This document shows, piece after piece, positions 17,141 to 30,650 of a stretch of DNA of 64,000 nucleotides. The notes under the pieces were generated by a model. That model was given only the letters and a program-made list of their open reading frames with translations. It did not search any database and was not told the DNA's origin. Each line of letters begins with the position of its first letter. Positions within the stretch are counted from its first letter, which is position 1. The stretch lies in the NCBI RefSeq assembly GCF_009914755.1, contig NC_060928.1; one strand, written 5' to 3'. The position numbers and the translations under genes were made by a program. This DNA comes from the human T2T-CHM13v2.0 reference genome, Homo sapiens.

Positions 17141-18369
17141 ATATGAGAAAACCAGTAGTAGAGGAGGAGAGAGTAGGAAGGTAGAGAAAATAACCAAGAT
17201 TCATAAATATCAAGTATTAATTGAATCATAAAGCCTCATAAGAACACTGGTTTGATGACGAAGAGCTAAGACTTTGAAAGATTAGATTTTCATATTCAAG
17301 GACACAATGGGCAAGTGGTGCTGCTGACAGTCCAACTCCAATGCTCTTCTAACTCTAAAGCTTGTGCCATCTCTATCATGCATGCTGTTGTATCCAGAGG
17401 GTTCTGGAGTGAGGCCTTTGAATGTGTAATTACTTTTAATAGTCAGGAGAGAGAAGGAGCCCAATTTTACCTAAATTAAAATGATCCAGGTGAAACTTGA
17501 AATGCAGACTGTTTTAATATGGCTATCCCCTCTACAATCCACAAATGTCAGCCTCATGGCTTCAGTGACTACCGAGACTGTACCTGGAATGATGGATTCT
17601 GACATTAAGTTTCTTCATTGCCATGGAGAAAGAAGAAATGAAAGCTATAACCCATCCCTGGGCAATTAAACTAAACTCACTAGAATTACCCTGAAATTAT
17701 CAACATATGGTAGTTTTTAAAATTTAAATTGAAGTTCATCTCAGTAGGGTAAGAAGTTTTAAAGTTCCAAATTGTTATATAGTAAGCTTAGAAATCTTAC
17801 CTCCTCACAATCTTATTTTTTCCTTCATGATTCCCGTAATATTTTACCAGAGGGATATTAGAGACCTCCTCATTGCTAAATCTAATAACTCATGTTTCAA
17901 ATATTTTAACTATTATTTTCTATACAGAAATACTACATTTTTATTGTAATCAATTTAGAAAACACAGATAAAGAAAATAAAAACCATACAGGCCACACAA
18001 ATAATGCCAAATCCTGCCTTATAACACATAAACTGTGAGCCATTTGGTACCCAGAATACTTTATGTTGAGATGGCAGAGAAAGATACGATTTTTAAATAA
18101 ATATTATAGAGACTAAAATATGCATATATCCGGGGAGTTCATAGGGTCCCCACCCCCACCATGTTGTCTCATGGAGATAATGCACAAAGAGGCAGAATAG
18201 GAGATACCAAAAGTGAGATTGGTTTCCATCAAGGAAGGGCAGAGAAGAAGACGTAGAAAAAGATTGAGTCCTGGAAGGCAGAAAAGGGAGACTAGCATAG
18301 GATGAATCATGGGGCAAGTTTTCCAGGGTCTTGTAACTGAGACTAAAAATTAAAGAGTCTGTTTATACT

Positions 18370-18780
18370 TTCTTTCATTTCTTGTACCTTCAACAAATTT
18401 GAGTCTACTCTGCACCGTGCAAGGTCCCAGGGCAACAGAGATGGGAAAGACCTGCCCTCAGGATGCTGATAGCCTAATGAGAAACCTACATGCACGTCAA
18501 CAAGCAATTCCAAAGTAGTGTGATATGTCCCTTGATAAGGGTAAGCATGGGATACCAGAGGGCAGAAGAACCCAATCTAGATTGGGTCCTGGGAGAGGTT
18601 AAGCTCAGAGGAAACTTTCTAAAGGTGCTCACAGGTAGCCAGGAACAGCAGGACAAATAGAAGTTAGTCAGACAAGGGGCACCAGGAAGACTTGTCAGTG
18701 GAAGAGGTTCTATTAAAAACAGCATGGTCTTACAAAAATGGCAAGTCAGTGGGCTCATATTTATACAAGATGCAGGAGCC
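18370..18780 (-). mobile_element. L2 fragment
   Basis: TTCAACAAATTTGAGTCTACTCTGCACC...CCTGCCCTCAGGATGCTGATAGCCTAATG, typical of the L2 3' end in antisense. Confidence 0.6.
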
Positions 18781-18995
18781 TAAAGGAGACAGAAGCTTGG
18801 TAATATTTTCCTGCCCTCTTCACACAAACATATACATATAGTGTGAATATATATTACATATGGATGTCCAGATAACTATTCTCAATAACAATATGTTTAG
18901 TTCATCATAAACATATTGAAATATAATTACGACAAAAAGAAGCAAAGAGTAAAATTTAAAGCCAGGCAGATTTCAGGAGGCACACAAAAAAGAAC

Positions 18996-19397
18996 TCTAT
19001 TACTGCATTCTTGCATTACTATAAAGAAATGGCTGAGACTGGGTAATTTATAAATAAAATGGGTTTAATTGGCTTACAGTTTTGCAGGCTGTACAGAAAG
19101 CATGATGCTGGCATCCGATTCATTTATGGGGAAGCCTCAAGAAGCTTATAATCATGGTGAAAGATGAAGGGAGAGTAGGCATGTAACATTGTCAGAGCAG
19201 AAGCAAGACAGAGAAGCAGGAGGTGCCACACACTTTTAAATGACCGAATCTTGCAGGAACTCACTCACTATGGTGAGGACAGTACCAAAAGGATGGAACT
19301 AACCCAGTCCAATCGCCTCCCACCAGGTCACACCTCCAATATCAGGGATGACATTTGAACATGAGGTTTGGACAGGGAAAATATCCAAACTATATCA
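18996..19397 (-). mobile_element. MST (MSTA/B) MaLR solo LTR
   Basis: GAGACTGGGTAATTTATAAA...GCAGGCTGTACAGAAAGCATGATGCTGGCATC...ATCCAAACTATATCA. Confidence 0.88.
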
Positions 19398-19989
19398 AGC
19401 ACAATTCTACTAGGACAGTTATCAACAAACAAAAAAAATCAAAGAAAGGAAGAAAAGTGGGAGGGAGGAAGGGGAGAGAGGAACAGAAAGAGGGGAGAAG
19501 ATGTACAACTTGAAAAAGCAAAGGGTTCTCAATCACTGGATGTATTTTAATGCAGGAAATTATTGCACTAGGCAACATTTACACTATGTAATGTTAAACA
19601 TATCTTCCTTCCCAGCATTCTACGATTTTATGATTTAGGGTCAAATTAATGACAATAATATTTCTGGGATGTGGGATCTTTATTTTACAATTAAAAATAC
19701 TATAAAATTATTTCAAAGCCTTTTCTTGCCTCCTAATTAAACATTTAAGACTACAATAAGTACAGAAAGATAAAATATGCTACATTAAGAAACTCAAGTG
19801 ATTACTCATTTTATGTTAATTATTATCCTTCATTTATTATTTCTGATGCAGTGCCTTGCACAGAGTAGGTTTTCAATAAATCTATTGACTTTTGATTTCT
19901 TCACAACAGGCTTTCTTACGTAAAAAGTACCCACATCCATTTTGGTAACTATTTTAAATGGATCCCTATTTGACAAAACATGTACCCAA

Positions 19990-20765
19990 CAAAAAAATCA
20001 CCATAAACAAAGGAAGAATGAAAGTTACAAATTGGAAAAACAAAAGTTTGTCCAAATTACAAAGAAATAGGATTGATATTCAGAATACTTCAAAATCTTA
20101 TATAGATTGATGTTTAAAAATAGAAAGGCTGAGGAAAGAATATAAACAGAAATGCAAAAAAAAATCACAAGAAGAACCTCATTTTCACTAGTAATCATGG
20201 AAAAACAAACAAAAATAATGAGATGGTAGATTTTTGGCCAACAGACTAGCAGGATCTTAAACATTCACATGAAAGAATTATATTATGTATACTGCAGCTT
20301 TTTGGAGACATTTTTGACAATATGTGTTAAATTGTTTGAATATGCTTTACTCAGATGCAGTCATCATTTCACCTGTTAGATTTTCTCCTCTAGAATTAAT
20401 TGCATTTGTGCGCAAAGAGGATTTTCATTATAATTATTTTAAAAGACAAGAAATAATATAAATATCCTGCCATAGGTATAATGGTTAAATATATTATGGT
20501 ACATTCATAAGACAGATGATATGCAGATATTAAAAATATAGTTTTATCATTTTTAAAAGAATATATTTACATTATAATTAATATAAAAGAAGCAAAAGCA
20601 TTCACATTGAAATTGAGATTTGTTTCTTCAGGGGCTGAAACAGAGATAGGAAAACCCAGGGTAGGTCAAAAGAGAAATGTTTATTTGTATTATGTGATTC
20701 ATTTTATCTTACATGGAAACCACGTCTTACGTGTGAAGTTAATCAATGTTTTAAATAAAAGAAAG
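19990..20765 (+). mobile_element. Ancient L1M(E) 3' fragment
   Basis: TGGTTAAATATATTATGGTACATTCATA...ATGCAGATATTAAAAA and other decayed ORF2 C-terminal motifs. Confidence 0.55.
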
Positions 20766-21404
20766 GAAAAAAAGACTATGTTGTATCACCTCCTACAATT
20801 TTGGATGAAGGGAATAGAGATATCACTTAATTTAAACTCCCAAATTTAAGTATGTAGGACTTAGGCCCCAAAATTTGAAATTAAAAAAGGACATGCTCCT
20901 TGTGTCCTGTTGACTCAATTCTGCTGATTCAAATCCAGTGTTCTTCCATGCCCCTCAAATGCACTGAAAGTATTCTTTAATTTTAAGCACAATATCAGTA
21001 ATTTTTGTGATTTAGATGACGATGATCCCGAGGGTAGTAAGTCTTCAATAAGTATAAACAGATGGGTACATCCCCACTATAGGGAGCAGAATTGGGTAGA
21101 AATTAATTATAACCACATTGCTTCCCCTAGATTAATCGTAATGAGCTAGTTGTGATGCTTCTACATGTACTGCATGATAGTAGTCAATTGAAGAGTTTAT
21201 GGTCTTAATTATTTATTATTAAAGGGGTCATTTTGAGGTACAGAGTAACATACAATTAGAAAAAAAAATAGAGTACATGCATTTGTTTAAACCAGAATTT
21301 ACAAGGCAGAATGGCTGCAGACCCAACAAACATTCACAAGATTACCTCAAGAACTGGAATTTAGTGATGATTCTACCAGTGATAATATAAGACAATGTGA
21401 ATTT

Positions 21405-21605
21405 TTAATTTTTAATTTTTGGGGTACATAGTAGGTGTATATATTTATAGGGCACATGAGATGTTTTGATACAGACATGCAATGTGAAATAAGCACATCA
21501 TGGAGAATGAGGTATCCATCTCCTCAAGTATTTATCCTTTGAATTACAAATAATCTAATTACACTCTAGGTTCTTTTAAAATGTACAATTAAGTCATGAT
21601 TGATT
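21405..21605 (-). mobile_element. Short L1MA 3' end
   Basis: GGGTACATAGTAGGTGTATATATTTATAGGGCACATGAGATGTTTTGATACAG; possible decayed TSD AGACAATGTGAATTT / AGACACCATGAATTT. Confidence 0.8.
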
Positions 21606-22899
21606 GGAGACACCATGAATTTGTGAATGTGGCTATTTGCTGTAAGCTTCTAAATAGTTCAATTAAGGAAAAAATCAACTCTGTCTGCAGATAATTCAAC
21701 ATTGCAATGTTGGGTGGGATCAACTGCTTTACCCCTATATCATTTCAGCAGAGAGGTTTTCTGCTGTTCACATTTACTAAAAGAGACCTGAATCTTTGAT
21801 GTTCAACGTAAGGATCAAGTAACAACCAGGGACCACTTCAGTGCAGGAGGGAAAAGACAGCATTTGGCTCTAGGTCTAAATTCTACTCCATTGCTCATTT
21901 ACCAAAACCAAAATTATAATAAAAACAAGATTATGGACTTTATATAGGCCTATAAAATAACTCTGGAAAACTGCGGATCCAGAAAAAAATCAAAAACTTC
22001 AGTATCAACTGTAAGACTTTCTAAAAATGAAACAATATAATAAAGAACAGAGGTAGAATTTGGCTCTGAATTGAGTTGCCCACCTGCAAGTTATTTTTAG
22101 GCGTCCCCAAGATGGAAAGGAAAACATAAAAAAAAACTTTCCACAAGTCCCCCTCACAAGTGCTCTGTGGTTGAATCTTCACTCTGAATCCAAACCAAGC
22201 CTCGGGGCAGCTATGCAAAGACTTTGAATAAACTAAGGTTAGAGGAAAACAAACAAAAGAAGATAAAAGGAAAGTCAAACTTGTTCATGTGTAGAAAGAA
22301 AGAAAACGATTTTAGCTAATTATTTTAAAGGTTTTTTTTTTTAATTTTCTCCTTATTCACGCTCGAAGATAATTATTATGCTCACTGACAAACAGGCCAT
22401 GAGACAGGTTACTTGAGGGAAAGCTTTCTCTCTCTTTCTGGCTTCCAGAAAGTACCCAGATTGGGCAATAGAGATTTATTTTTCAAATTGGGTGGAAGAA
22501 AGAGAAGAAAAAAAAAGAACCCCGTGATGAGAGATGTCCTTTGACTCTTCTAATACACTTTCTTTACAAACCCTAACTGTGGTATTAACGAAATGGCAAT
22601 GAGATCAAAAAGAGAGTGCCCACTTATAATGATTCTTCTATTGGGAGGATGACACATCCTAAAATTGTCCAACAACAACAAAATATAGCCCGAAAACCAT
22701 TATTAATGGACCTGATTTCTTTCCCAGGAAATTCTAAAAACTGCACTTCATATTACAATAGGCTAACAATTCAACATATACCCCATTCCAAGACTAATTT
22801 TTGGGGTAAATGAAGTATATTCAGAAAGGTCCGGGTTAGGTTTAGGTACAATGTAGAGGCTTCAGGTTAATTAACAATGTGAGGAAACTGTGAACCTAG

Positions 22900-24225
22900 G
22901 AGTTTTCTCTGCAGCCCTCCCCAGTCTGGCTTCTGTCACCACCACCCCCATGGAACCATTCTTGGAAGGTCACCAACATCCCAAATGTTGTGGACACTTG
23001 TCAGCTCATCTCACGCAGCCTCTCAGCTGGCTGCCCCTGCCTTGATGTGGTCACACTCTGCTCCTTTTCCTCCTCCACTTCTGGCCGCTGCTTTTCTGTC
23101 TCTGTGTTGTGTCATCTGCTTCTATATCTTGCCTTCCGTCTACAGGCACGCAGGAGGCTTCAGTCCTCAGCCTCTTTGCTTCCTGGTCTTCACTCTCTTC
23201 CATTTAATCACAACTCTCAGAGCTTTTAATACCACCTCAAGCCTCTGCCTCACTTAAAAATCTGCCCTGAGCTTCATCCTCTTATATCCCAGTATCTGAT
23301 TTCTCTAACAAAATAATGAATAATCATTAAAAACTTAATATGGTTCAGAAAATAACTCTATTTTTTTCTCTCAAAACCTGTTCCTTTCCTTCTCTTCTAC
23401 TTTGTTAAATAACAATACAATAAAGACTTAAAAAGTCATTCTTAAATCCTCCTTTTTCCTGAGCCCTGACAGTCAATCCATAATGAATCATTTATGCCTG
23501 TCTCTGCAAACATACCTCAAATGCGTTCTCTTCTCTCCCATCTGCACCGCTACTCACTTGACCTCAGGTCCTCTTCACCTTCACCTGGAGTGTGGCAATT
23601 GCTTCCTAACTGCCCCCTCAGCCTCCGCTTCTGGAAATGCCCACCTTTAATCTGGTTTGCACACCAGATTAAAGCAGGTAGAGTAATTGTTTTAAAAGTG
23701 TAAATCGTGTCTTGCAATTGAACATGAGCAAATAAAATTTATCCTTTGGTTAACATTCTTTAATGGTTTTCTCCTGTAGCAAATCCAAAGTTCTCAATAG
23801 GATCTCAAAGGCCCAACCTTATTTTCCCTCTCCAATTCACATACTCCCTACCCATTATGCTTATAACCCTTTCTTTTCCTCAATAAAATCAAGCTCTTTA
23901 CTTCCCCCGGGCCTTTGCACTTGCCAGACCCTGGCTCCTCACTCATCTTTAGAATACTGGCTCCTTCTCATCTTCAGGACTTAACTTTCCCCATCACTGT
24001 CCACAGTTTGTGTCTCCTGTATTAGATAGTTTACTTCCTGCAGAACCCTTATCACTGAAATAAACTTGGTTTTGTTGTTGTTGTTGTTTCTGTATTGCCT
24101 GTCTCCCTTACTGCTGATGAACAATCACTGCTGCTGTCAACCAGTGTCTAGCACTGTCACTGGTATCCTGTAGGCATTAAATATAGAAAGGTGAATGAAT
24201 GATTGATTGAGTGAATAAATGAGTG
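22900..24225 (+). mobile_element. L2 element 3' part
   Basis: Pyrimidine-rich L2 motifs (GGGCCTTTGCACTTGC) ending CCAGTGTCTAGCACTGTCACTGG...GAATGAATGATTGATTGAGTGAATAAATG. Confidence 0.75.
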
Positions 24226-24789
24226 TTGACAGCAGAAAGGGAAGGAGTAAAATATCACCTGCACAGTGGAACCCATAGTCCAGTGGTTGAGGTAGAAATG
24301 AACAATTATAACATATTAGTATAGGTGAAAGGAAAAATAAGAACAAGATGAGATGGGAACGCAGACAGGCTGTAACTTACCATTTTGGCGGGAAATGATT
24401 AAAGGTGATGTTTCTGAACCATTGTTTCCAGGGATGCTTATGGCACAAGGGTTTGCCTTCATGCCTGTGTTTACTGCACATAGTGCTTCTTCTTTTTTTT
24501 TTTTTTTTTTTTTCATTTACCTCAGTAATTGTAAAAGGGCTTCAAGCCACATTTCCTAAGACACTTCTACAAACATTCTTAAGTCTGGCATCATACAGTG
24601 AGGTTACAGAAATGAGAACTGTGGCAAGCCCTGGAACATCACTGTGGAAGAGCAGTAACATTTATGGAAATGAATTGATAACATTCATTAAGGCTATTTT
24701 ATTTTTTGAGCACAAAAATAGTTTTGATGAGATAGGATGAGTGAGAGGCTTAGAAGGAATGACTCTGTGGCAAGAAACAAGCATTCAGC

Positions 24790-25487
24790 AAGTACCAGGA
24801 ACTTTCTCTCAAATGCACTGCTACCATCACTGCCTAGCAAATCCCTACTGATCCTTTAAGAACCAGTTCAAATGTCTTCCTCTCTATGAAGCCTTTGCAT
24901 TTGAGCAGTCACTTCTTCTACTGGGCCCCTATGGACTTCTATCATGCCACTCACTACAATGGATGGTGATATGTAGTTGACACATTGTATTAGTTAGCTC
25001 AAGCTTCCAGAACAATATACCATAAACTAAGTGCCTTAAACAACAGATTATTTTTTCATAATTCTGGATCCTGGGAAGTTCAAGATCAAGTGTCAGCCAA
25101 TTTTCTTTTTGATGACAACTCTCTTCCTGTCTTATAGGTGGCTGTCATGCCACTGTGTCCTCGCATGGTGGAGAGAAAGAGATCTGAGGTCCGCTCCTCT
25201 TCTTCTAAGGATACCAGTTCTATTGAAGTAGAACACCCCGCTTATGACCTGTTAACTTTATTCCCTCCTCACAGAACCTATCTCCATATATAGTCACATT
25301 GGGGATTAGGCCTTCAACATACCAATTTGTGAAAGGACACATTTAGTAATAACACATGTCTATTTAATAGGATCAAGTCCTGGCCATGTTTTAATCCTAG
25401 CACTTGCCACTGTACCTAGAACAGATTAAGTTCTCAAAAGACAAATTTTCAATGAATGAATGAATGAATGAGTGAATGTATGAATGA
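24790..25487 (+). mobile_element. L2 3' fragment interrupted by an MLT1A
   Basis: CCAGTTCAAATGTCTTCCTCTCTATGAAGCCTT ... CCTAGCAC...(GAAT)n tail at 25451-25487. Confidence 0.65.
24986..25354 (-). mobile_element. MLT1A/A0-like MaLR solo LTR
   Basis: TGTATTAGTT...CTTAAACAACAGA...GAAGTTCAAGATCAAG...AGTCACATTGGGGATTAGGCCTTCAACATA. Confidence 0.85.
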
Positions 25488-26359
25488 AGAAATCCTAGAT
25501 AAAGTTGATACTATTTTGGAATATAATTTGATTTTTATTTTGTTGTACGGTTATGCCATTTGATTATTTTTGATTTATCAGAATCAGCAGCTTGCAGTGG
25601 AGAATACCAGTAATGTAAAGTTCCAAGATTTAACAAAATGAGGCTGGCTGTGTGACACCCAACTAATTTATTCCTTTATTTTAGTCATTAGATTAAAGAC
25701 AAGCTATTATATTTCAATACTCTAAGTAGCTTGAATTTCATGTATTGTAAAATTAAATGCATTTCTTAGGATGGAAGAATTAGAAAGAACATTTTAAACA
25801 TTAGAAAATCAACTGCTTCTCTTATATCTCATTTTACACTCAGCCTTGACCATGATATTTGATTTAGAGCCAATAAATATTGAAAACCCTATTTCAGAGA
25901 AATAGAGTTCATGAGCTCTAACTTTCTTACTTGATGTTCTCAATAACTATTATCTTATTGCCTTAAGTTGCTCTCTTGAACACTCTGATAATTAAAAGAA
26001 ATGAAAAATAATGCCCAATTTTGTGGTATTGCCCCATGAATTAACCCATTGTATTCATAAACTCAAACCTCAGTAAATTTCCATTTGCTAAATATAAGAA
26101 GAAAGCATCAAAAGTATACACAAATGCTATTGCAAGAAAGAAAGAAAAAAAAAGAGTCAACCCGTAGGCTTACCCAAGGAAAAAGGAAAATATTTATATT
26201 TCTTTCAACTATCTATATAGTATCATGGAAAATACGTTTTCTAAATTAGAAATTACATAAACCTGTTCACCTTCCATCTTAGGAAAAAGTATTTACATGA
26301 AATCAGATATGGATAAAAATATTAAATATACATTTAAAATAGATATATCAATTTTTTCT

Positions 26360-26680
26360 CATTCTGACCATTGCAATTTCATACCCACACTTTTTGTAAC
26401 ACCGCCACCCCATAGGCATTCTTCATCCCCAGCACTCTGCTCTACTTTTTTTATTTTTTCCTCCAGCACTTACTGCCTTCTCACTAGGTAGCTGACTATG
26501 GGAATATAGTATGCTATGTAGTTGACTTCTTTATTATACTTATTTTTTAGTTTATGATTTGCTTATTGTAAAAATCCCTGCTGTACTAGGACATGGGTTT
26601 TTGTTTTGTTCACTGATGATTTCAAGCTCCTAGAACACTGCCTGGCACAGAGCAGGCACTGAATAAATATTCACTGAATT
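26360..26680 (+). mobile_element. L2 3' end fragment
   Basis: TTTTGTTCACTGATG...CCTAGAACACTGCCTGGCACAGAGCAGGCACTGAATAAATATT. Confidence 0.7.
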
Positions 26681-28374
26681 TTTAAAGTATTTAAAGTGGT
26701 TATTATTTTTAAATGATGAGTATCTCCTTAGTCATTCTTGATTTCATCATGCACAAATTAAATCCACTGTAATTTTGTCAACATTTATAAATAGATGCCT
26801 ATTTAATGTTTACAAATTCCCTAGTTTCAAATGTTAACATTTTTTGTTTAAGTATGATCTAAGGGAGAAATAAGGTAATTAAACAAGCAAACCAGAAAGT
26901 AACTGACAACTTACTTTCAAAAATATTCTGATGATCTAAGCTATGTACATTTCAATTAGTGATTTCTCCCCTATTAATTTATTTACCTTTTTGTGTTCTA
27001 CTTTTATATCTATTCATTTACTAGCGTATTTTCAATTAATTATTACTCTATTGGCTTCATTCATTTAGCTCACATCAACCTATACATTTCTTAGTTGCAG
27101 GATTTTCTACAGAATACAAGCAAAGCATCATTTGATCAGGCAGTATCAAAGCCCAGCAAAAGCAAATTTGAATAGTCTGTATTTTCTATGTCATTTTCTT
27201 CCTATCCATTGCCTTTCAGCAATTCTAAGGTCAGCTCTGCCCTGTGCTCCATCTTCACACATCTTCATTCTGTCACTCAGCTGTCTTCTCAATTCTTAGC
27301 ACTCTCTGAAGACAATTCACACTGCTAAGTTGTGATACTTACAGGAGGTTCTTCACTGCTCAAAGAATTTCCAAAACCTTGAATGTGTATCTGTTTATGG
27401 TAACATGATTCTTCAGAGGATTGATGCTTCAGTCAGAGAATGAGACTTCTCTTGGATTTCATGGATGAAATGAAAATGGCATTTGGGCAGAAGTCCTGAG
27501 TGTAAGACCTGGCTTTAATACTTACCAGATACATGGCTTGGGTTAGATGCTCTTTAATAGCAATAGCCATGTCTACTCTCACAAGTAGTTATAAGATGCA
27601 ATGCTCCTGAGAAAAGCTGTGCAAACTGTAAGCTGCCGTACCAGGGTGTTCCAAATTCTCTTCTAAAATACATTAGGAGTTCCTTAATATGTTAATAAAT
27701 GTTCTATAAAATATGGCCAAATAAACTAGAATGGGCATCTGAGCCTTTAATTTGCTAATGTATATAATGAATCTCTAAAAGGAAAATGTAGTGTGCTTTA
27801 CTTTCTCAATTGTATTTTCTTAAATATAAAAGCCTTTCTCAAGCTTTATCAGTTATTCTGCCCTGCAGAATAAAATATCCATTAAGTGCTGGGCCATAGA
27901 AGTGTTGATTATTTTGATACTATATAAGTAACTTATTAAATATTCAAACTGTTTAAAAGGCTGATCTACAGAAAACTGAAAGTTATTTGTTATGTATAGC
28001 TCTCTTTCTTTAAATACAACTTCCAATTTTGAAATTTTTGAGTATTCTTTATCAAAATATATTTATTCTATAATTCCTTTATAATAGCAATTAAAAGGAT
28101 AAGATACTTATCTAACTTTAACAACAGAACTGCAAGAATGTTGCAGTGGAAATGATGAAATATTGTTGAGGGAAATTAAGATCTAAATAATCAGAGAAGA
28201 ATTTCACATTTATGTGAAAGATTTATGTGGAATATCACATTTATGTGGAAGATTCAGTCTCTTACACATGGCAATTTATTTTCAACTGATCAATAGATTC
28301 AATACCAACCCTATCAAAATTCCAGGAGGCCTTTTCACAGAAAGTGAGAATTGGTCCTAAAATTTATATGGGAC

Positions 28375-28898
28375 TGTTGATGTTTAATTTTATGTGTCAA
28401 CATGACTGGGCTAAGGGATGCCCAGATAGCTGGTAAAATATTATTTCTGGGTATGCCTATGAGTATGTTCCTGGAAGTGATTTATTATTTGAATCAGTAG
28501 ATTGAGTAAATAGGATCTGCCCTCACCAATGTGGATAGACATTATCTAATCTGTTGGGAGTTAAATACAGCAAAATGGCAGGAACAAGTGAATCCTCTCT
28601 GTTTTCTTGAGTTGGAACATCCAAATTTTCCTGCTCTCAGAAATTACAGCTCTTGGTTCTCAAGCCTTCCAATTCTGGGACTTACAGCAGTTCGCCCCTC
28701 TTCCACTCCCATTTCTCAGTCCTTCAAATTTGGGCTGAATTACACAACCAGCTTTCCCAGTTTTCCAGCTTGCAGATGGTATATTATAGGACTTCTCAGC
28801 CTCTATTATCTTGTGAGCCAATCCTTAGAATAAATCTTCTCTTACATAGTTACATATATCTTACTGATTCTGTTTCCTTGAAGAACCTTGACTAACAT
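28375..28898 (+). mobile_element. MLT2B-like (HERV-L) solo LTR
   Basis: TAATTTTATGTGTCAACATGACTGGGCTAAGGGATGCCCAGATAGCTGGTAAAA...GTGAGCCAAT...GAAGAACCTTGACTAA. Confidence 0.85.
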
Positions 28899-29844
28899 GA
28901 GATTGCAAAAAACCTAAAACAGCCAAAATAATTTTGAAAAAATAGAATGGAGCTGAGAGACTCTAACTTTACAATTTCAAAAGTATTGGAAAGCTACCGT
29001 AATCATGACAGTTTGATACCAGGATAAGAGTAAATATGCAGGTCAACTGAACAGGATTAAGACTTCAGAAATAAAGCCTTATATTTATAGTTAATTTACT
29101 TTTGACAAAGGTGTCAAGGAAAAGGATAGATATTCTATTGATGGTACTATGATAATTGTTCATCCATGATAATATGAACTTAGATTTTTACCTTTCACTA
29201 AGTAAAAATTAACTTAAAGATTATTATAATCTTACAAAAAGAGTTAGTTATGACAGTAAAACTTTTGGTAAATACCATAGGATGAAATCTTCTGAAATTT
29301 GGGTTAGGCAATGAAGTGTTAGCTATGACACCAAAGCAAAGTTAATGTAAGAAAGAAAAGGTGATAAAGTAGAGTTCATCAAAATTCAATACATCTGTAC
29401 TTCAAAAGACATCATTAAGAAAATGAAAAAAAAAGTAACACTAAAATATCATATTTTGTAAAACACATATCTGATAAGGGCTTGTATCATGAATATACAG
29501 AGATTGCTTATAGGTCAATAATAAGAAAATGAGCACCTAAATAAAATAGGCGAAATATTTGAATGAACATTTTAATAAAGAAGATATAGAAATGGCTAAC
29601 AAGCACAAAGAAAGAAGCTCAACGTAATTATTCATTAGGGAAATGTAAATTAATGCCACAATGAAGTACCATTTTAAATCTCTCAGAATGTCTATAATAA
29701 AAAAGACAGAAAATAGTAAATAAATTATAGAAATGGGATCCCTCATATATTGTCAACTGTGGCATACACTGGTGTTGCCACTTTGGAAATGCTTTGATAG
29801 TTAAAAATACATTCACCATATGACACAGGCTTTCCACTCTTAGG

Positions 29845-30226
29845 TGTAAGATTCTCCCCGGGGCCTGAAAGTTTAAAGAGATAAATAAGTCCTCCCTTCT
29901 CAGGCCAGTCCCAAGGTGCAAGGCTACTTGCGCCAGCAGCGTGCGCCAGCAAGATAGCAGAAGCAAGAAGAGAGCCAGCCAGAAGACAACTACCCTGAAG
30001 ATCCAGAAAGAGGCCATTTGGATACAATGCAGTTCTGTCATACTAGGACACTTCCTGTTTCCAGGAGACTATAAAACCTTTGCCCCATCCTCCCTTGGGA
30101 CTGATGCCATTTTAGGCCTTAGCCCACCTACACCCAGGCGCTCGCTAAAACAGCGTGTTGCTCCATACTGCCTTGTGTTGTCTGTTGGCACACTCTCCGG
30201 GTTCAAACTGATACAAGAACCTTACA
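29845..30226 (+). repeat. 5' LTR (MER48-like), 382 bp
   Basis: TGTAAGATTCTCCCCGGGGCCTGAAAG...ACAAGAACCTTACA; TATAAAA at ~30070; direct repeat of 36652-37035. Confidence 0.93.
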
Positions 30227-30228
30227 TA

Positions 30229-30246
30229 TGGTGCCAAAACCCAGGA
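30229..30246 (+). promoter_or_regulatory. Primer binding site, tRNA-Phe
   Basis: TGGTGCCAAAACCCAGGA matches 16/18 of TGGTGCCGAAACCCGGGA (complement of the tRNA-Phe 3' end); both mismatches fit CpG decay. Confidence 0.9.
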
Positions 30247-30650
30247 GGGGCTCAGGTCTGCGTCCTCTGTGGACCTACCCCTCCACCCCAGAGAGCAGGC
30301 CACAGCAGCCAGAAAAAGGAAGCTTCTCAGCCTCCAGTCGCCTCTCTGTGCATGCACATTGGTCATTGATCTCGCCTACTGGTAAATTTCCCCGGGAACC
30401 TGGTTAACAGGGGAAAAGCCGCACGGCCTCTCTTGGTTTCTCCAGTCCGAAAATCCAATGTTAGTCCAAAAAGGCTCTGGCATGTTCCAGGCACTCGCTG
30501 ATCATCTGGTCTTAGGGGCATACCTCTAAGCCATTTGATACCGTTCTGGAAACAAAAAAGGCAATGGTGATAATCACTCCCTTTATCGTCTCCTTCCGTC
30601 CATCCAGGACGGTCTCCTTTTTCCCTGTTCTCCCATGCCTACCCTCTGTT

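Noticed and set aside
30229-30246. tRNA gene
   Set aside because: Only the 18-nt PBS complement; no cloverleaf
29543-30369. ORFs of 94-142 aa spanning the 5' LTR
   Set aside because: Chance frames across LTR/L1 sequence; not preserved in the 3' LTR copy
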